DNA from: Candidatus Eremiobacteraceae bacterium
Lineage (GTDB): Bacteria > Vulcanimicrobiota > Vulcanimicrobiia > Eremiobacterales > Eremiobacteraceae
Reading direction: 5' to 3'
Length of the DNA: 29,847 nt
Assembly (NCBI GenBank): GCA_035307865.1
Contig: DATGHT010000321.1
Span: forward strand, 1 to 29,847
Numbering within the stretch: position 1 is the first letter of the stretch; every line of letters starts with the position of its first letter. This document shows, in pieces, positions 1-11,752 of the stretch. The notes beneath the pieces are model-generated. The model did no database searches. It saw nothing but the letters and a program-made list of their open reading frames with translations, and was not told the origin of the DNA. The translations under genes and the position numbers were made by a program.

Positions 1-1811
1 GCCATGCCGCGGCTCTTGAAGGTCTCGCCGGACAGCCGCTCCGGGAAGAGACCAGGCATGACGTTGGAGTAGGCCTTTGGGTTTTCCACTTCGCTGATCT
101 TCCAGATGTTGCGCATCGCCGAGACAAGCCGGCGCGGCGAATAGCTCTTGCTCGCATATGCGACCCACGCGGTCAAGTTGGGCCAGATCCCGCCCAGCAA
201 GTTCAAACCGTGATCGGGGTCGTATTCCTGCTGATGTTTGCCGACGGTGCGCACGCCAAAGGGAGTCCAAAACTCGGGCGCATACAGCGTTTCCAAAATT
301 TTTCGCTTGCGCTCTTCGTCTGCGACGGCAAAAATCACCGGAAAGATCTGGTCGCCGGTGATATCGTGATGCGCTTGCCCTTCCGGGTCGACGTTGAGCA
401 CGTAGAGGCCGGTCTTCTCGCTGATGAGCCGGCGGTTGATCGTTTCTTTGAGATCATCGCCCGCTTTGCGGTACCGTTCGGCGTCCTCGGCAAATCCTAG
501 CACGCGCGCCAAGTGCCCGGCGAGGAACAGCGCCCGGGCGCACTCCGCGTTGATCTCCGTGACTGCACCGCTGATCTGGCTCTGCGGGATGATGTTGCGC
601 CAGCCCGAGATGCCCCACACGTTGGCTTCCTGAGAATGGGCGACGATGAGTCCACCGCGCAGTTGCGAGGTGATCCAGTCGCACGCGCCGCGGACCATCG
701 GCCAGAGGCGCTCCAACGACGTGCGGTCGTGCGTCACCGCGTAGTGATGGTAGGCCGCGCACACGATGAGCGGGGTATCGTCGTTGATGTTCAGATCGTA
801 GTCGCTCTTGAACGGCGGATCCGTGCAGGCCATGATGTACTCGGTGACTTTTCCGCCCTGTTCGATACCGTGCGTGGCGATCAAATCGAACAGCGACTGC
901 GAGAACTGCGGGGTGAGGTAATCCGATCCCAACACGTACCAGGCCGCATCTCGTACCACGACGATGTCTTGGGACGGATCGTTAGTGAAGCCGTGACCCG
1001 CGGGGAAACGATGCTGGACCCGGACCGTGTTGACTTTCGACCAATCGATGGCGCGGTTGATCAGCGCATCGGGCGTGCGCAGGAAGCCCGTTTGCAACAG
1101 CGTCTCGTAATATGCTTCGCTGTCGGCAAGCGCCTGTTGTGCGCCCGGCAGGCTACGGTAGGCCGCCAGCGCCTCGTCCACGCCGGCATTGCTGATGCCC
1201 ATCGCAAAGCAGGCGCGCTTCGTCGAATGGGGCGGCACGGCGACCGAGTAGGTGCGCGAGAAACCCCGATCGGATACGTAAGTGGATACGGGGTCCGCAT
1301 CGCCGCCGAAGACGCGCAGCTCGCGATCGCGCCCGATCGTGGCTGAGATGATGTAGCCATTTGTTTCGGTATGACTGACGCGTTTGTTGCGTTGGGCCTG
1401 ATCGGGAACTTTGTAGGTGCCCGGCCAGACGAAGGCGGGATAGTGCACGTCGCACATGATGGCCGCCGTGTGCGGCTCGCTCGTTGCGTTCTCAAGCTCG
1501 ACGATCATGTACACAGCCCGCAAGTGCGGTCCGCGCATAGGCACAAAGGTGCGTTTGCGGGCGCGCAGCGGACCGCACGCATACGTGGTTTCCTGGAACG
1601 CGGCCGCGTGGGTGGTGTCTTCCGGCAGCCCACGTTCTCCGTCGACGTAGATGTGCGTGACCCAGCGCCCGCAGTAGAACTGATTGTCGAGCGCGCTCCA
1701 CACGCTCGCCACGTCGCTTTGCGGCGTTAACTTGAGAAAAGTCGCAAGATTGCCCAGGCTCGCGCCGGTGAGCAGCTTGTCGACAGGATAACGGTAGGCG
1801 TGAGCGGGCAC
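1..1811 (-). CDS. Six-hairpin glycosidase, amylo-alpha-1,6-glucosidase / MGH1-GH63-like (3' end runs off the window)
   Basis: Not in the ORF track. My manual translation from GTG at 1811 (8 nt after the mreB stop) stays open for 603 codons to the edge: MPAHAYRYPVDKLL...VRDAAWY...NDDTPLIV...TEINAEC...LLGGIWPNLTAW...LFPERLSGETF. RD, DxTPL, EIN, GxxWP and PE motifs fit (alpha/alpha)6 inverting glycosidases. Confidence 0.75.
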   Translation of the reverse strand, partial: MPAHAYRYPVDKLLTGASLGNLATFLKLTPQSDVASVWSALDNQFYCGRWVTHIYVDGERGLPEDTTHAAAFQETTYACGPLRARKRTFVPMRGPHLRAVYMIVELENATSEPHTAAIMCDVHYPAFVWPGTYKVPDQAQRNKRVSHTETNGYIISATIGRDRELRVFGGDADPVSTYVSDRGFSRTYSVAVPPHSTKRACFAMGISNAGVDEALAAYRSLPGAQQALADSEAYYETLLQTGFLRTPDALINRAIDWSKVNTVRVQHRFPAGHGFTNDPSQDIVVVRDAAWYVLGSDYLTPQFSQSLFDLIATHGIEQGGKVTEYIMACTDPPFKSDYDLNINDDTPLIVCAAYHHYAVTHDRTSLERLWPMVRGACDWITSQLRGGLIVAHSQEANVWGISGWRNIIPQSQISGAVTEINAECARALFLAGHLARVLGFAEDAERYRKAGDDLKETINRRLISEKTGLYVLNVDPEGQAHHDITGDQIFPVIFAVADEERKRKILETLYAPEFWTPFGVRTVGKHQQEYDPDHGLNLLGGIWPNLTAWVAYASKSYSPRRLVSAMRNIWKISEVENPKAYSNVMPGLFPERLSGETFKSRGM

Positions 1812-1819
1812 GTTGTCAG

Positions 1820-2806
<987 letters not shown>

Positions 2807-4168
2807 CTAGGTAGACTGAGCGCGAAACGGCGTTACGATTCTCGGCAATTTCACCGTATTGCCGATATCGGCTTGGGGCATCACCGGTGCGACGCCGCTG
2901 GCGCGAACAACTGTTGCGCCAAGCGATGCCAAACGTTCTTCAAAAAATTCGTAGCCGCGGTCGATGTACTCGAGGCCGCCGATTTCGGAAGTACCCTCCG
3001 CTGCAAGCGCGGCTAGGACGAGTGCGCCCCCCGCCCGGATATCCGGCGCTTCAACCACGGCATCCTTGAGCTTCGCAACGCCGACTATCTGTGCAGTTCG
3101 CCCGGAAACCGTAATGTCCGCCCCCATGCGCAAGAGCTCGTCGACGTAGACGAAGCGTGCGTCGAAAATCGTTTCCTCGACTTTCGACTCCCCGTGAGCC
3201 AAGCTCAAGTATGCCACAAGCGGCGGCTGGAGATCGGTCGGGAACCCCGGGTACGGAGCGGTCGTGACGTCGGCCCCACGCCAACGCTCGCTGCCGCGAA
3301 CGCGCACGCTTACCCCCTCGGTCTGCACATCGCATCCCGAAGCGAGCAGCTGGTCGCGAAGCGCTGCCAGCATGGCCGGGTCGACGCCGGTAATGGTCAC
3401 GTCGCCGCGCGTGATCGCGCCGGCTAGAAGATAGGTTCCCGCCACCAACCGGTCGGGGATGATCGTGTACTCGCAGGCGTGCAGCTTGGAGACGCCCTCG
3501 ATGGTGATGGTGTCGCTACCCTGTCCGGAGATGCGTGCGCCCATCGCGTTGAGAAAATCCGCCAGATCGACCACTTCCGGTTCGCGCGCGGCGTTCTCGA
3601 GGGTGGTCGTTCCCTTTGCGCGCACGCTCGCCAGCATGATGTTTTTCGTCGCCCCGACGCTGGGCTTACTCAGGCCGATGGTGTTGCCGCGCAGTGCGGA
3701 CGATCGTACCACGACGGACCCGTGCTCCAAGTCGACAGTCGCGCCGAGCAACTCGAACCCGCGCAAATGCATGTCCACCGCGCGCGGACCGAGCACGCAT
3801 CCGCCCGGGCGGGGCACTTCTGCCCTCCCGAATCGCCCCAGGAGCGCGCCGGTGACATCGAACGATGCATTGAGCTTGCTCACGAGCGCATAGGGAGCGA
3901 CAAACGAATTGATGGAGGACGCGTCGATCACGAGCGTGCCGCCGGGCTGCTCGCGCACCCGGGCACCCAGGCTCTCGAGGATGGCCGTCATGACGTCGAC
4001 GTCGGTGATGCGCGGTACGCGGTGCAGCACGATCTCGCTCTCGCACAAGATCGCCGCCGCCATGATCGGCAGCGCCGCATTTTTTGCACCGGGCGGTGCG
4101 ACCACGCCCTCAAGCCGGTGGCCGCCTTCGACGATGAGTTTCGTGCGCAGGCCTTCGAGTGAATCCAT
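2807..4168 (-). CDS. murA: UDP-N-acetylglucosamine 1-carboxyvinyltransferase
   Basis: GAKNAALP, PGGCVLGPR (active-site Cys), NAAREPEVVDLA, PYPGFPTD, DIRAG, IDRGYE. Confidence 0.95.
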   Translation of the reverse strand: MDSLEGLRTKLIVEGGHRLEGVVAPPGAKNAALPIMAAAILCESEIVLHRVPRITDVDVMTAILESLGARVREQPGGTLVIDASSINSFVAPYALVSKLNASFDVTGALLGRFGRAEVPRPGGCVLGPRAVDMHLRGFELLGATVDLEHGSVVVRSSALRGNTIGLSKPSVGATKNIMLASVRAKGTTTLENAAREPEVVDLADFLNAMGARISGQGSDTITIEGVSKLHACEYTIIPDRLVAGTYLLAGAITRGDVTITGVDPAMLAALRDQLLASGCDVQTEGVSVRVRGSERWRGADVTTAPYPGFPTDLQPPLVAYLSLAHGESKVEETIFDARFVYVDELLRMGADITVSGRTAQIVGVAKLKDAVVEAPDIRAGGALVLAALAAEGTSEIGGLEYIDRGYEFFEERLASLGATVVRASGVAPVMPQADIGNTVKLPRIVTPFRAQST

Positions 4169-4209
4169 CCAGCGTTCTCTTCTTTAGAGCAGCGCGACGA
4201 CGGCGATTT

Positions 4210-4650
4210 TTAGACCGTGGGGCGGTGCGCGACCTCGAGACAGGCATGAGCCCATGCGATTGCGCGGCGCTCGGCGGTATCGTCGGATCCCCTCTTCTGC
4301 GCCAGCGCTTCCTCGGCCCGCTTCAGCTCGGCGCGCACTTGCTCAACGTCGATCTCGTCACGCGACAGCGCGACGTCCGTCAAAATGATGACCTTGTCGG
4401 GCAGCACTTCCATGAAGCCGCCGTCGACCGCGAACTCGATGCGTTCGGTTGCCGTCTTGCCGTCGCCGCCCGAACCCGCGTTGACGACCGTCGCCCGCAC
4501 GGCACCGCTGCGCAGCGTCGTCAACAATGGCGCGTGCTGCGGCAACGCGCCCAAGTCACCCGCCGATCCGGGGGCCACCACGATTTCGGCATCGCCCTGA
4601 AACTTGACCGCGCCCGGCGTGACGATCAGAAACTGCGTGCGTGCTGGCAT
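4210..4650 (-). CDS. atpC: ATP synthase F1 epsilon subunit
   Basis: Start trimmed to MPARTQFLIVTP (ATG 4650). GDLGALPQHAPLLT, FAVDGGFMEV, C-terminal helical hairpin. Follows atpD. Confidence 0.93.
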   Translation of the reverse strand: MPARTQFLIVTPGAVKFQGDAEIVVAPGSAGDLGALPQHAPLLTTLRSGAVRATVVNAGSGGDGKTATERIEFAVDGGFMEVLPDKVIILTDVALSRDEIDVEQVRAELKRAEEALAQKRGSDDTAERRAIAWAHACLEVAHRPTV

Positions 4651-4661
4651 GTTTCCGGTCG

Positions 4662-6086
<1,425 letters not shown>

Positions 6087-6953
6087 CTATCCCTTCAGCG
6101 CTTCCGCGCCGCCGACGATCTCTAAGATCTCTTTGGTGATGGCGGCTTGACGCGTCTTGTTCATGACCATCGTCAGGTCATCGATCAGCTTCCCTGCGTT
6201 GTCGGTTGCGTTCGTCATCGCAATCAACTTCGCCGCAAACTCGGACGCCTGCGTTTCCAGGAGTGCCTGAAAAATTGTGAACTCCAAATATTTTGGCAGC
6301 AAGGCGGCCAGCACGCTTGCCCCATCGGGCTCGAACTCGAACGAATTCTTGAGGCCGCCGGCAGCAGCGGCCTTGCGTTCTTCGTTGACCGCCGGCGCTA
6401 CCGGCAACAGCTGCAACGGTGTCGGACGTTGCACGATGGTCGAAACGAAGCGGCTTGAAACCAGCGTCACGTTGTCCACTTTGCCCGAGAGAAAATCATC
6501 GGAAAGGCGCGCTGCCACGTCTCTGGCCAGGTCGGTGAAGGGCTTGCCCACAAGCGGCCACTGCTCCGAAACCTTTGAGGGCGTTGGGCGGATTTGTGCT
6601 TGACCCTTGATGCCGATGATGTACAAGCTCGGGTTCGGTGCCGTGCGAGCGAGCGCCAGGGCAGCCCTCACCAAGTTGGAATTGAAGGCGCCGCACAATC
6701 CCTTGTCTGCGGTCATGAGCAGGATCCCGGCGTTTGCGACCTCGCGCGGCTTGAGGAGCGGATGGCTCGCACCGCCGCCCGCCACGAGTTCGGCGAGCAT
6801 GTCGCCGATGGCGTTCGCGTACGGGCGCGCGGCGCGCATGGCGAGCTCGGCCCGGCGGATGCGGGCACCGGCGATCATCTTCATCGCGCGCGTGATCTGC
6901 TGCGTGTTCTTGAGCGAGCGGACCCGGTCGCGCAGCTGCCTGAGCGTTGCCAC
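6087..6953 (-). CDS. atpG: ATP synthase F1 gamma subunit
   Basis: QITRAMKMI, DKGLCGAFN, MTNATDNA, RQAAITKEILEIVGGAEAL. Confidence 0.97.
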   Translation of the reverse strand: MATLRQLRDRVRSLKNTQQITRAMKMIAGARIRRAELAMRAARPYANAIGDMLAELVAGGGASHPLLKPREVANAGILLMTADKGLCGAFNSNLVRAALALARTAPNPSLYIIGIKGQAQIRPTPSKVSEQWPLVGKPFTDLARDVAARLSDDFLSGKVDNVTLVSSRFVSTIVQRPTPLQLLPVAPAVNEERKAAAAGGLKNSFEFEPDGASVLAALLPKYLEFTIFQALLETQASEFAAKLIAMTNATDNAGKLIDDLTMVMNKTRQAAITKEILEIVGGAEALKG

Positions 6954-6956
6954 AGC

Positions 6957-8472
6957 TTATGCGGCCGCCGTCTTCGCGAAGCGCAACTTGAATTCGCCGA
7001 TCGCCGCATCGAGTTGCGCGCGCAGGTCGTCCGGTAGTTCCTTGCGATCCGCGATCGTCTTGGGAATGTCGGGATGAGCGGTTTGCAAGAATTCGTAAAA
7101 CTCGCGATGGAACTCGCGAATGCGATCGGTGGGGACATCCGCCAAGAAATCTTTGACGGCGACGTAGATCTGGATGACTTCCTGCTCCAAGCTGAGCGGC
7201 TCGAACTGCGGTTGTTTGAGGGTTTCGGTGATTTTTTCACCGCGCGACAGCTGCGCCAGCGTCACTTTGTCTAGGTCCGATGAAAGTTTGGAGAAGGCGG
7301 CCAAGTCGCGATATTGCGACAGCTCCAGCCGCAGCTGTCCGGCGACTGCCTTCATCGCTTTGGTCTGGGCTGCACCGCCGACCCGCGAAACCGAAAGCCC
7401 GACGTCGATCGCCGGCCGGATGCCGCTGTAGAACAGGCCCGTTTCGAGGTAGATCTGGCCGTCGGTGATCGAGATAAGGTTGGTGGGGATGTAGGCGGAC
7501 ACGTCGCCTTGCTGCGTCTCGATGATCGGCAAGGCAGTCATGGAGCCTGCGCCGAGCTCGTCCGAAAGCTTGGCGGCGCGCTCGAGCAAGCGTGAGTGCA
7601 AGTAGAAGATGTCGCCGATAGGCTTCGCGGCCGGGGGGCCGGCGTAAGACGAGCGATATCTCGCGATACGCCTGCGCGTGTTTCGACAGATCGTCGTAGA
7701 CGATAAGCACGTCACGACCGGCATACATGAGCTCCTGACCCATCGCGCAGCCGGCGTAGGGTGCGATGTAGCGCAAGCTCGCCGGATCGGAGGAGTCCGC
7801 GGCGACGATGGTCGTGTATTCCATCGCGCCGGCGTCGGTGAGGATCTTGTAGAGTTGCGCGACCGTGGACGTCTTTTGGCCGATCGCGACATAGATGCAT
7901 ATGACGTTTTTGCCGCGCTGGTTGATGATCGCGTCGATCGCGAGCGCGGTCTTGCCGGTTTGGCGGTCGCCGATGATCAGCTCGCGTTGACCCTTGCCGA
8001 TGGGCACGAGGCCGTCGATAGCCTTGATGCCGGTCTGCAGCGGTTGGCTCACCGCTTGGCGCTGCACGACCGTTGGGGCTTGCGTTTCAATGGGCCGCGT
8101 ACGTGTCGTGGACACCGGTCCTTTGTCGTCTAAGGGTTGACCCAAGGGGTTGACGACGCGCCCGATCACTTCGTCGCCGACCGGCACGGACACGATGTGC
8201 CCGGTGCGGCGCACGGTCGCGCCTTCCTTGATATCTTCATCCGTGCCCAACACGACCACGCCGACGTTGTCTTCTTCTAAGTTGAACGCGATGCCGAACA
8301 AGCCGTTCGGGAATTGCACCAGCTCGCCCATTTCAACAGCGCTCAGGCCGTAGACACGCGCGATCGAGTCGCCGACTTCGATGACGGTTCCAACTTCGTC
8401 TTCGCGCACCTCGGTGCGCGCGCTCTTGATCTGCTGCTTGAGAATGCCGGCGATTTCGTCTGCATTGATCAT
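6957..8472 (-). CDS. atpA: ATP synthase F1 alpha subunit, interrupted by a frameshift at about 7617
   Basis: The N-part from ATG 8472 (MINADEI...GDRQTGKT...RRPPGREAY) and the C-part ([14 protein letters not shown]...FAKTAAA*) lie in different frames. The junction reads TAT C GGC GAC where TAT CCN GGC GAC is expected. Restored length is about 505 aa. Confidence 0.93.
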
Positions 8473-9056
8473 GCTTTGTTTCCTTTTCCGTTCGTTGAGG
8501 CCGGGCCCCATGTATCGGCACTGACGAGCAAGTGCCTGCGCAATTCTTCCAGTTTTCCGGCGACGCTCGCATCCACGTAGCGATCGCCGACTTGCACGAC
8601 CAGTCCGCCGAGCAATTCCGGCTCGACCTTCTCATCCGGGATGATGGTGCGGCCGTAGACGCGCGACAACCGGCGCGCGAGTTCGGCCAGCTGCGGTGGG
8701 GTGAGCGCGATCGGTGACGCGACTTCAGCCTTTTCACGGCCGGCAGCTTCATCCAACAATTCGTGCATCTGGCGTGCGACGATCGCGAGCAGGCCTTCAC
8801 GACGCTTGCGGACGAGCAACAGCAAAAAGTTCAGCGTGAGCTCGTCGACGCGGCCGGCGAGCGTGCGCTCGAGAATCTTCATTTTGAGGCCGCGTTCGAT
8901 CACCGGCGACGCGTAGAAGTCCGCCAAGCCGGTATTATTGTCGAGCGCCGCGGCGAAGCTGTCCAGGCCCGCGGTCACGGCTGTGGCATTACCCTGTTCC
9001 AATGTCAGCGCGTACAAAGCAGCGCTATAACGGCGGGCTATGCTCTCTTTAAGCAC
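8469..9056 (-). CDS. atpH: ATP synthase F1 delta subunit
   Basis: [37 protein letters not shown] start, overlaps the atpA start. Confidence 0.93.
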   Translation of the reverse strand: MLKESIARRYSAALYALTLEQGNATAVTAGLDSFAAALDNNTGLADFYASPVIERGLKMKILERTLAGRVDELTLNFLLLLVRKRREGLLAIVARQMHELLDEAAGREKAEVASPIALTPPQLAELARRLSRVYGRTIIPDEKVEPELLGGLVVQVGDRYVDASVAGKLEELRRHLLVSADTWGPASTNGKGNKA

Positions 9057-9067
9057 AGCGCAAATCC

Positions 9068-9568
9068 TTACGATGCATGCGCTTGCTCCAAGGTGGCCAT
9101 GAGCTGCTCTACCAGGGCTTGCTGCTTGGCCGGATCGAGCAAGCGGCGCGCTAGTTCGAGCGCTTCATTGTGGGCGCTCTCCACGGTTTGCTCGAGCAGC
9201 TCGCGCCGTACGCGGTAACGTTCGCGGTCCAGCTCTCCGCCGGCGTGCGCGAGGATTCGCTGCGCGTGTTCGCGCGCCGCTATGCGTTCCTCTTCGATCA
9301 GCCGAGCCGCTTGCGCGCGGCCGATTTCGATCATCCGCGAACTGTCGAGTTTGGCTTTCTCGATCGCCTCACGCGCGCGCGTGACCGACTGCTCGGCGGC
9401 ATCCCGCTGGGCGCTCGCCTCCGCGACCGCGCGGTTTTGTGCTTCTTGGTGCGCGACGAGTGCCGATTGCCCATAGCGGTTATACGCCCACACGATCACG
9501 GCGACGAAGATGACGAAGTCGATCAGCTTCGCTATGAACACGGGATCCGTGAAGTTCGGCATCTCCAT
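9068..9568 (-). CDS. atpF: ATP synthase Fo subunit b
   Basis: Start trimmed to ME/MPNFTDP (9568 or 9562). One N-terminal TM helix followed by a long Ala/Glu/Arg coiled coil, located between b' and delta. Confidence 0.88.
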   Translation of the reverse strand: MEMPNFTDPVFIAKLIDFVIFVAVIVWAYNRYGQSALVAHQEAQNRAVAEASAQRDAAEQSVTRAREAIEKAKLDSSRMIEIGRAQAARLIEEERIAAREHAQRILAHAGGELDRERYRVRRELLEQTVESAHNEALELARRLLDPAKQQALVEQLMATLEQAHAS

Positions 9569-9572
9569 CGCT

Positions 9573-10007
9573 TTACGCCACCTGCTCGAATCCGGTCGCT
9601 CGCTGAACCATACTGCGCGCCAGTTCGTGCACAAAAGCCTGCTGCCGTTCCACGGCTTGCGCGCGCTCAGTCGCCACGGTTGCGTGCGCCAGCTGCACAA
9701 CGGCCGCGGCTTCGTTTGCAGCGTCTCGTTCGATTGCGTGAGCCTCGTCCGACGCGCGGGCCGCCGCAGCCCGCATCACTTCGTCGGTTTGGCGGCGCGC
9801 TTCGTTGAGAGTCGCATCCGCCTGTGCTTGCAGCGCTGCCGCCTGCGCGGCGAACTCGTCGGCTGTATGGTACAGACCGGCGATGTAACGCTGGCGCTGT
9901 TCGATCGCCCGGCGGGTCGGAGCGATGAACACATACGTCAACAGCATCCAGAAGATGATGAAGTTCAGGATCTGGAATAGGAACGTGCCGTCGATCGAGA
10001 GCAGCAT
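9573..10007 (-). CDS. atpF2: ATP synthase Fo subunit b' (second peripheral stalk subunit)
   Basis: SIDGTFLFQILNFIIFWMLLTYVFIAP TM helix followed by a coiled coil. Confidence 0.85.
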   Translation of the reverse strand: MLLSIDGTFLFQILNFIIFWMLLTYVFIAPTRRAIEQRQRYIAGLYHTADEFAAQAAALQAQADATLNEARRQTDEVMRAAAARASDEAHAIERDAANEAAAVVQLAHATVATERAQAVERQQAFVHELARSMVQRATGFEQVA

Positions 10008-10020
10008 CGCTTTTTTCTAC

Positions 10021-10305
10021 TTACCGCCCAAGAATCGGCGTGAGCGCTTTCATCACGCCGAGCCCGAAACCGCCGAACAACAGGAAGAACGCGAACACGA
10101 TTGCGATGATCGGGAACGCTTCCAAGATGCCGACGCCAAGCAAATAGAAGAAGAAAATATTCGGTCGCGCTTCGGGTTGGCGCGCGATCGACTCGACTGC
10201 CTTGCTGCCGATGATGCCGTCGCCGATCGCCGACCCAAAGCCCGCAAACCCTACCATGAGCGCGAAGCCCATGATGATCGAGGCGAGTAAAACCACCTTT
10301 TCCAC
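10021..10305 (-). CDS. atpE: ATP synthase Fo subunit c
   Basis: Two TM helices, ARQPEA loop, ion-binding Glu in ILEAFP. Confidence 0.96.
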   Translation of the reverse strand: MEKVVLLASIIMGFALMVGFAGFGSAIGDGIIGSKAVESIARQPEARPNIFFFYLLGVGILEAFPIIAIVFAFFLLFGGFGLGVMKALTPILGR

Positions 10306-10317
10306 TGTGAGCTCTCC

Positions 10318-11049
10318 TTAATGATCCGAAGTTTCTTGGGTGGGAGTGATGAGATACGCGATGGTCAGGAGCGTGAAAACCAGAGCCTGGATGATGCCGA
10401 TGATCATGTTGAAAGCAAAGATTCCGAGCGGAAAAACCTTCGCAATGGTCGAGAGAAAACCCAGATGTGCGAGGATCATTGCGGAAGCGACCACCAACAG
10501 CACCTCGCCCGCAAAAATATTTCCGAACAACCGCATCGCAAGCGTCACCGGGCGAGCGAGTTCGTCGATGATGTTGATGGGGAGCATCGCGACGCCGAGA
10601 TACCACGGTTTTATGAACAGATGCTTGTAATACCCGAGTCCGTGACGGCGAATCCCGACAAGCTGGATCAGGAGAATGGTCGTGACGGCGAGCGCAGCAG
10701 TCGTATTGAGGTCGGCGGTCGGCGACTTGCCGATGAAGGGGAACAGCCCGATCTCGTTCAGGAGCAGAATGAAGACGAAGATGGAGATGACGTAGGGTAC
10801 AAATGGAGCGCCGTTTTTGCCGAGAATGCCGGTTGTCAGCTCGCTCAAGGCGCTCACGCTGAGCTCCATGATGCTATAGCGCTTCGAAACGACGGTGACC
10901 GGGTGCGTCGCCGCCAGCATGCCGACGACGGCCAACGCAAGCCCCATCGTGAGCCACGTGATGATCACCGTATCGGCGTGCACCGTGTCAAACGGCGCAG
11001 GCAGAAACTTCAGGTGCCACAGAGGATGGCTGCCGATGGTTTCCTGCAT
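10318..11049 (-). CDS. atpB: ATP synthase Fo subunit a
   Basis: PTADLNTT, PVTLAMRLFGNIFAGE (essential Arg), IQALVFTLLTIAY. Confidence 0.96.
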   Translation of the reverse strand: MQETIGSHPLWHLKFLPAPFDTVHADTVIITWLTMGLALAVVGMLAATHPVTVVSKRYSIMELSVSALSELTTGILGKNGAPFVPYVISIFVFILLLNEIGLFPFIGKSPTADLNTTAALAVTTILLIQLVGIRRHGLGYYKHLFIKPWYLGVAMLPINIIDELARPVTLAMRLFGNIFAGEVLLVVASAMILAHLGFLSTIAKVFPLGIFAFNMIIGIIQALVFTLLTIAYLITPTQETSDH

Positions 11050-11058
11050 TGTTCCCTT

Positions 11059-11478
11059 TTACGCGCTTGTCTTCGTCGCCGGCGTTGTGACCGCAGTCGC
11101 CGGGGCGTAGCTCGCCTGGATTTGTTTCCGATAGGTGAGAATCGCCACTCCTAGCGGTGCGACAAATCCGGCAAGATATGTGAAGTAGCCGAGCGCCGGT
11201 CCATGCCGAAGAATGAGAAAAGGCAAGGAGCCCGCGAGCAATACTCGCACGAGCGATTCGAGCGTCAAGAACGGCAAGTAGCGTTTACCGCTTTTCGCCA
11301 GCCGGTTGAAGCTTGCAGCGATGTGGAAAAGGTACGCGACTCCCACCACGCCGCCACCGAATAGGGCCAGCGCCGGAACCTTCAGATTGCCGAAAATCGC
11401 AAGTGCTGCGGCCGCGACGACGATCAAGCCAAGGCTGCGCAATGCGACCGCTTGTTGGAACATGCGGACCGTTTCCAT
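11059..11478 (-). CDS. atpI: ATP synthase protein I (membrane accessory protein)
   Basis: Hydrophobic 139-aa protein with about four TM segments, directly upstream of atpB. Confidence 0.7.
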   Translation of the reverse strand: METVRMFQQAVALRSLGLIVVAAAALAIFGNLKVPALALFGGGVVGVAYLFHIAASFNRLAKSGKRYLPFLTLESLVRVLLAGSLPFLILRHGPALGYFTYLAGFVAPLGVAILTYRKQIQASYAPATAVTTPATKTSA

Positions 11479-11533
11479 GGGCCCTTGGCGTTCGAGCCGG
11501 TTGTAGCGACGGACCTTCAGCTCGTTTTGTGAG

Positions 11534-11740
11534 CTACATCCGCGCTGCTAACTGTCGGTACATCGAGTAGATGCCTGCTGCGAAACCCAGCACGACGCCC
11601 ACGGGCACTGCCCAATTCCATTGCAGGTACTTTGCCGCAAGCAAGCCCAGCGCGACCCCGACGATCAGCGTGCCGACCACCGTCATGCCTGCGCCGGCGA
11701 GACTTCCTACATCGAGAGGGGAGGGCGACGGCTGCTTCAC
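11534..11740 (-). CDS. atpZ: AtpZ/AtpR-family small membrane protein
   Basis: 68 aa, two TM helices (IVGVALGLLAAKYL...VGVVLGFAAGIYSMYR). First position in the atp operon. Confidence 0.75.
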   Translation of the reverse strand: MKQPSPSPLDVGSLAGAGMTVVGTLIVGVALGLLAAKYLQWNWAVPVGVVLGFAAGIYSMYRQLAARM

Positions 11741-11752
11741 GCTGAGGCTGTC

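Noticed and set aside
513-1346. 277-aa plus-strand ORF
   Set aside because: Antisense shadow of the glycosidase, which has recognisable motifs on the minus strand; no family features.
6957-8472. atpA as a true pseudogene or programmed frameshift
   Set aside because: Single lesion, no other decay, no slippery heptamer or stimulatory structure; a consensus error is more parsimonious pending a read check.
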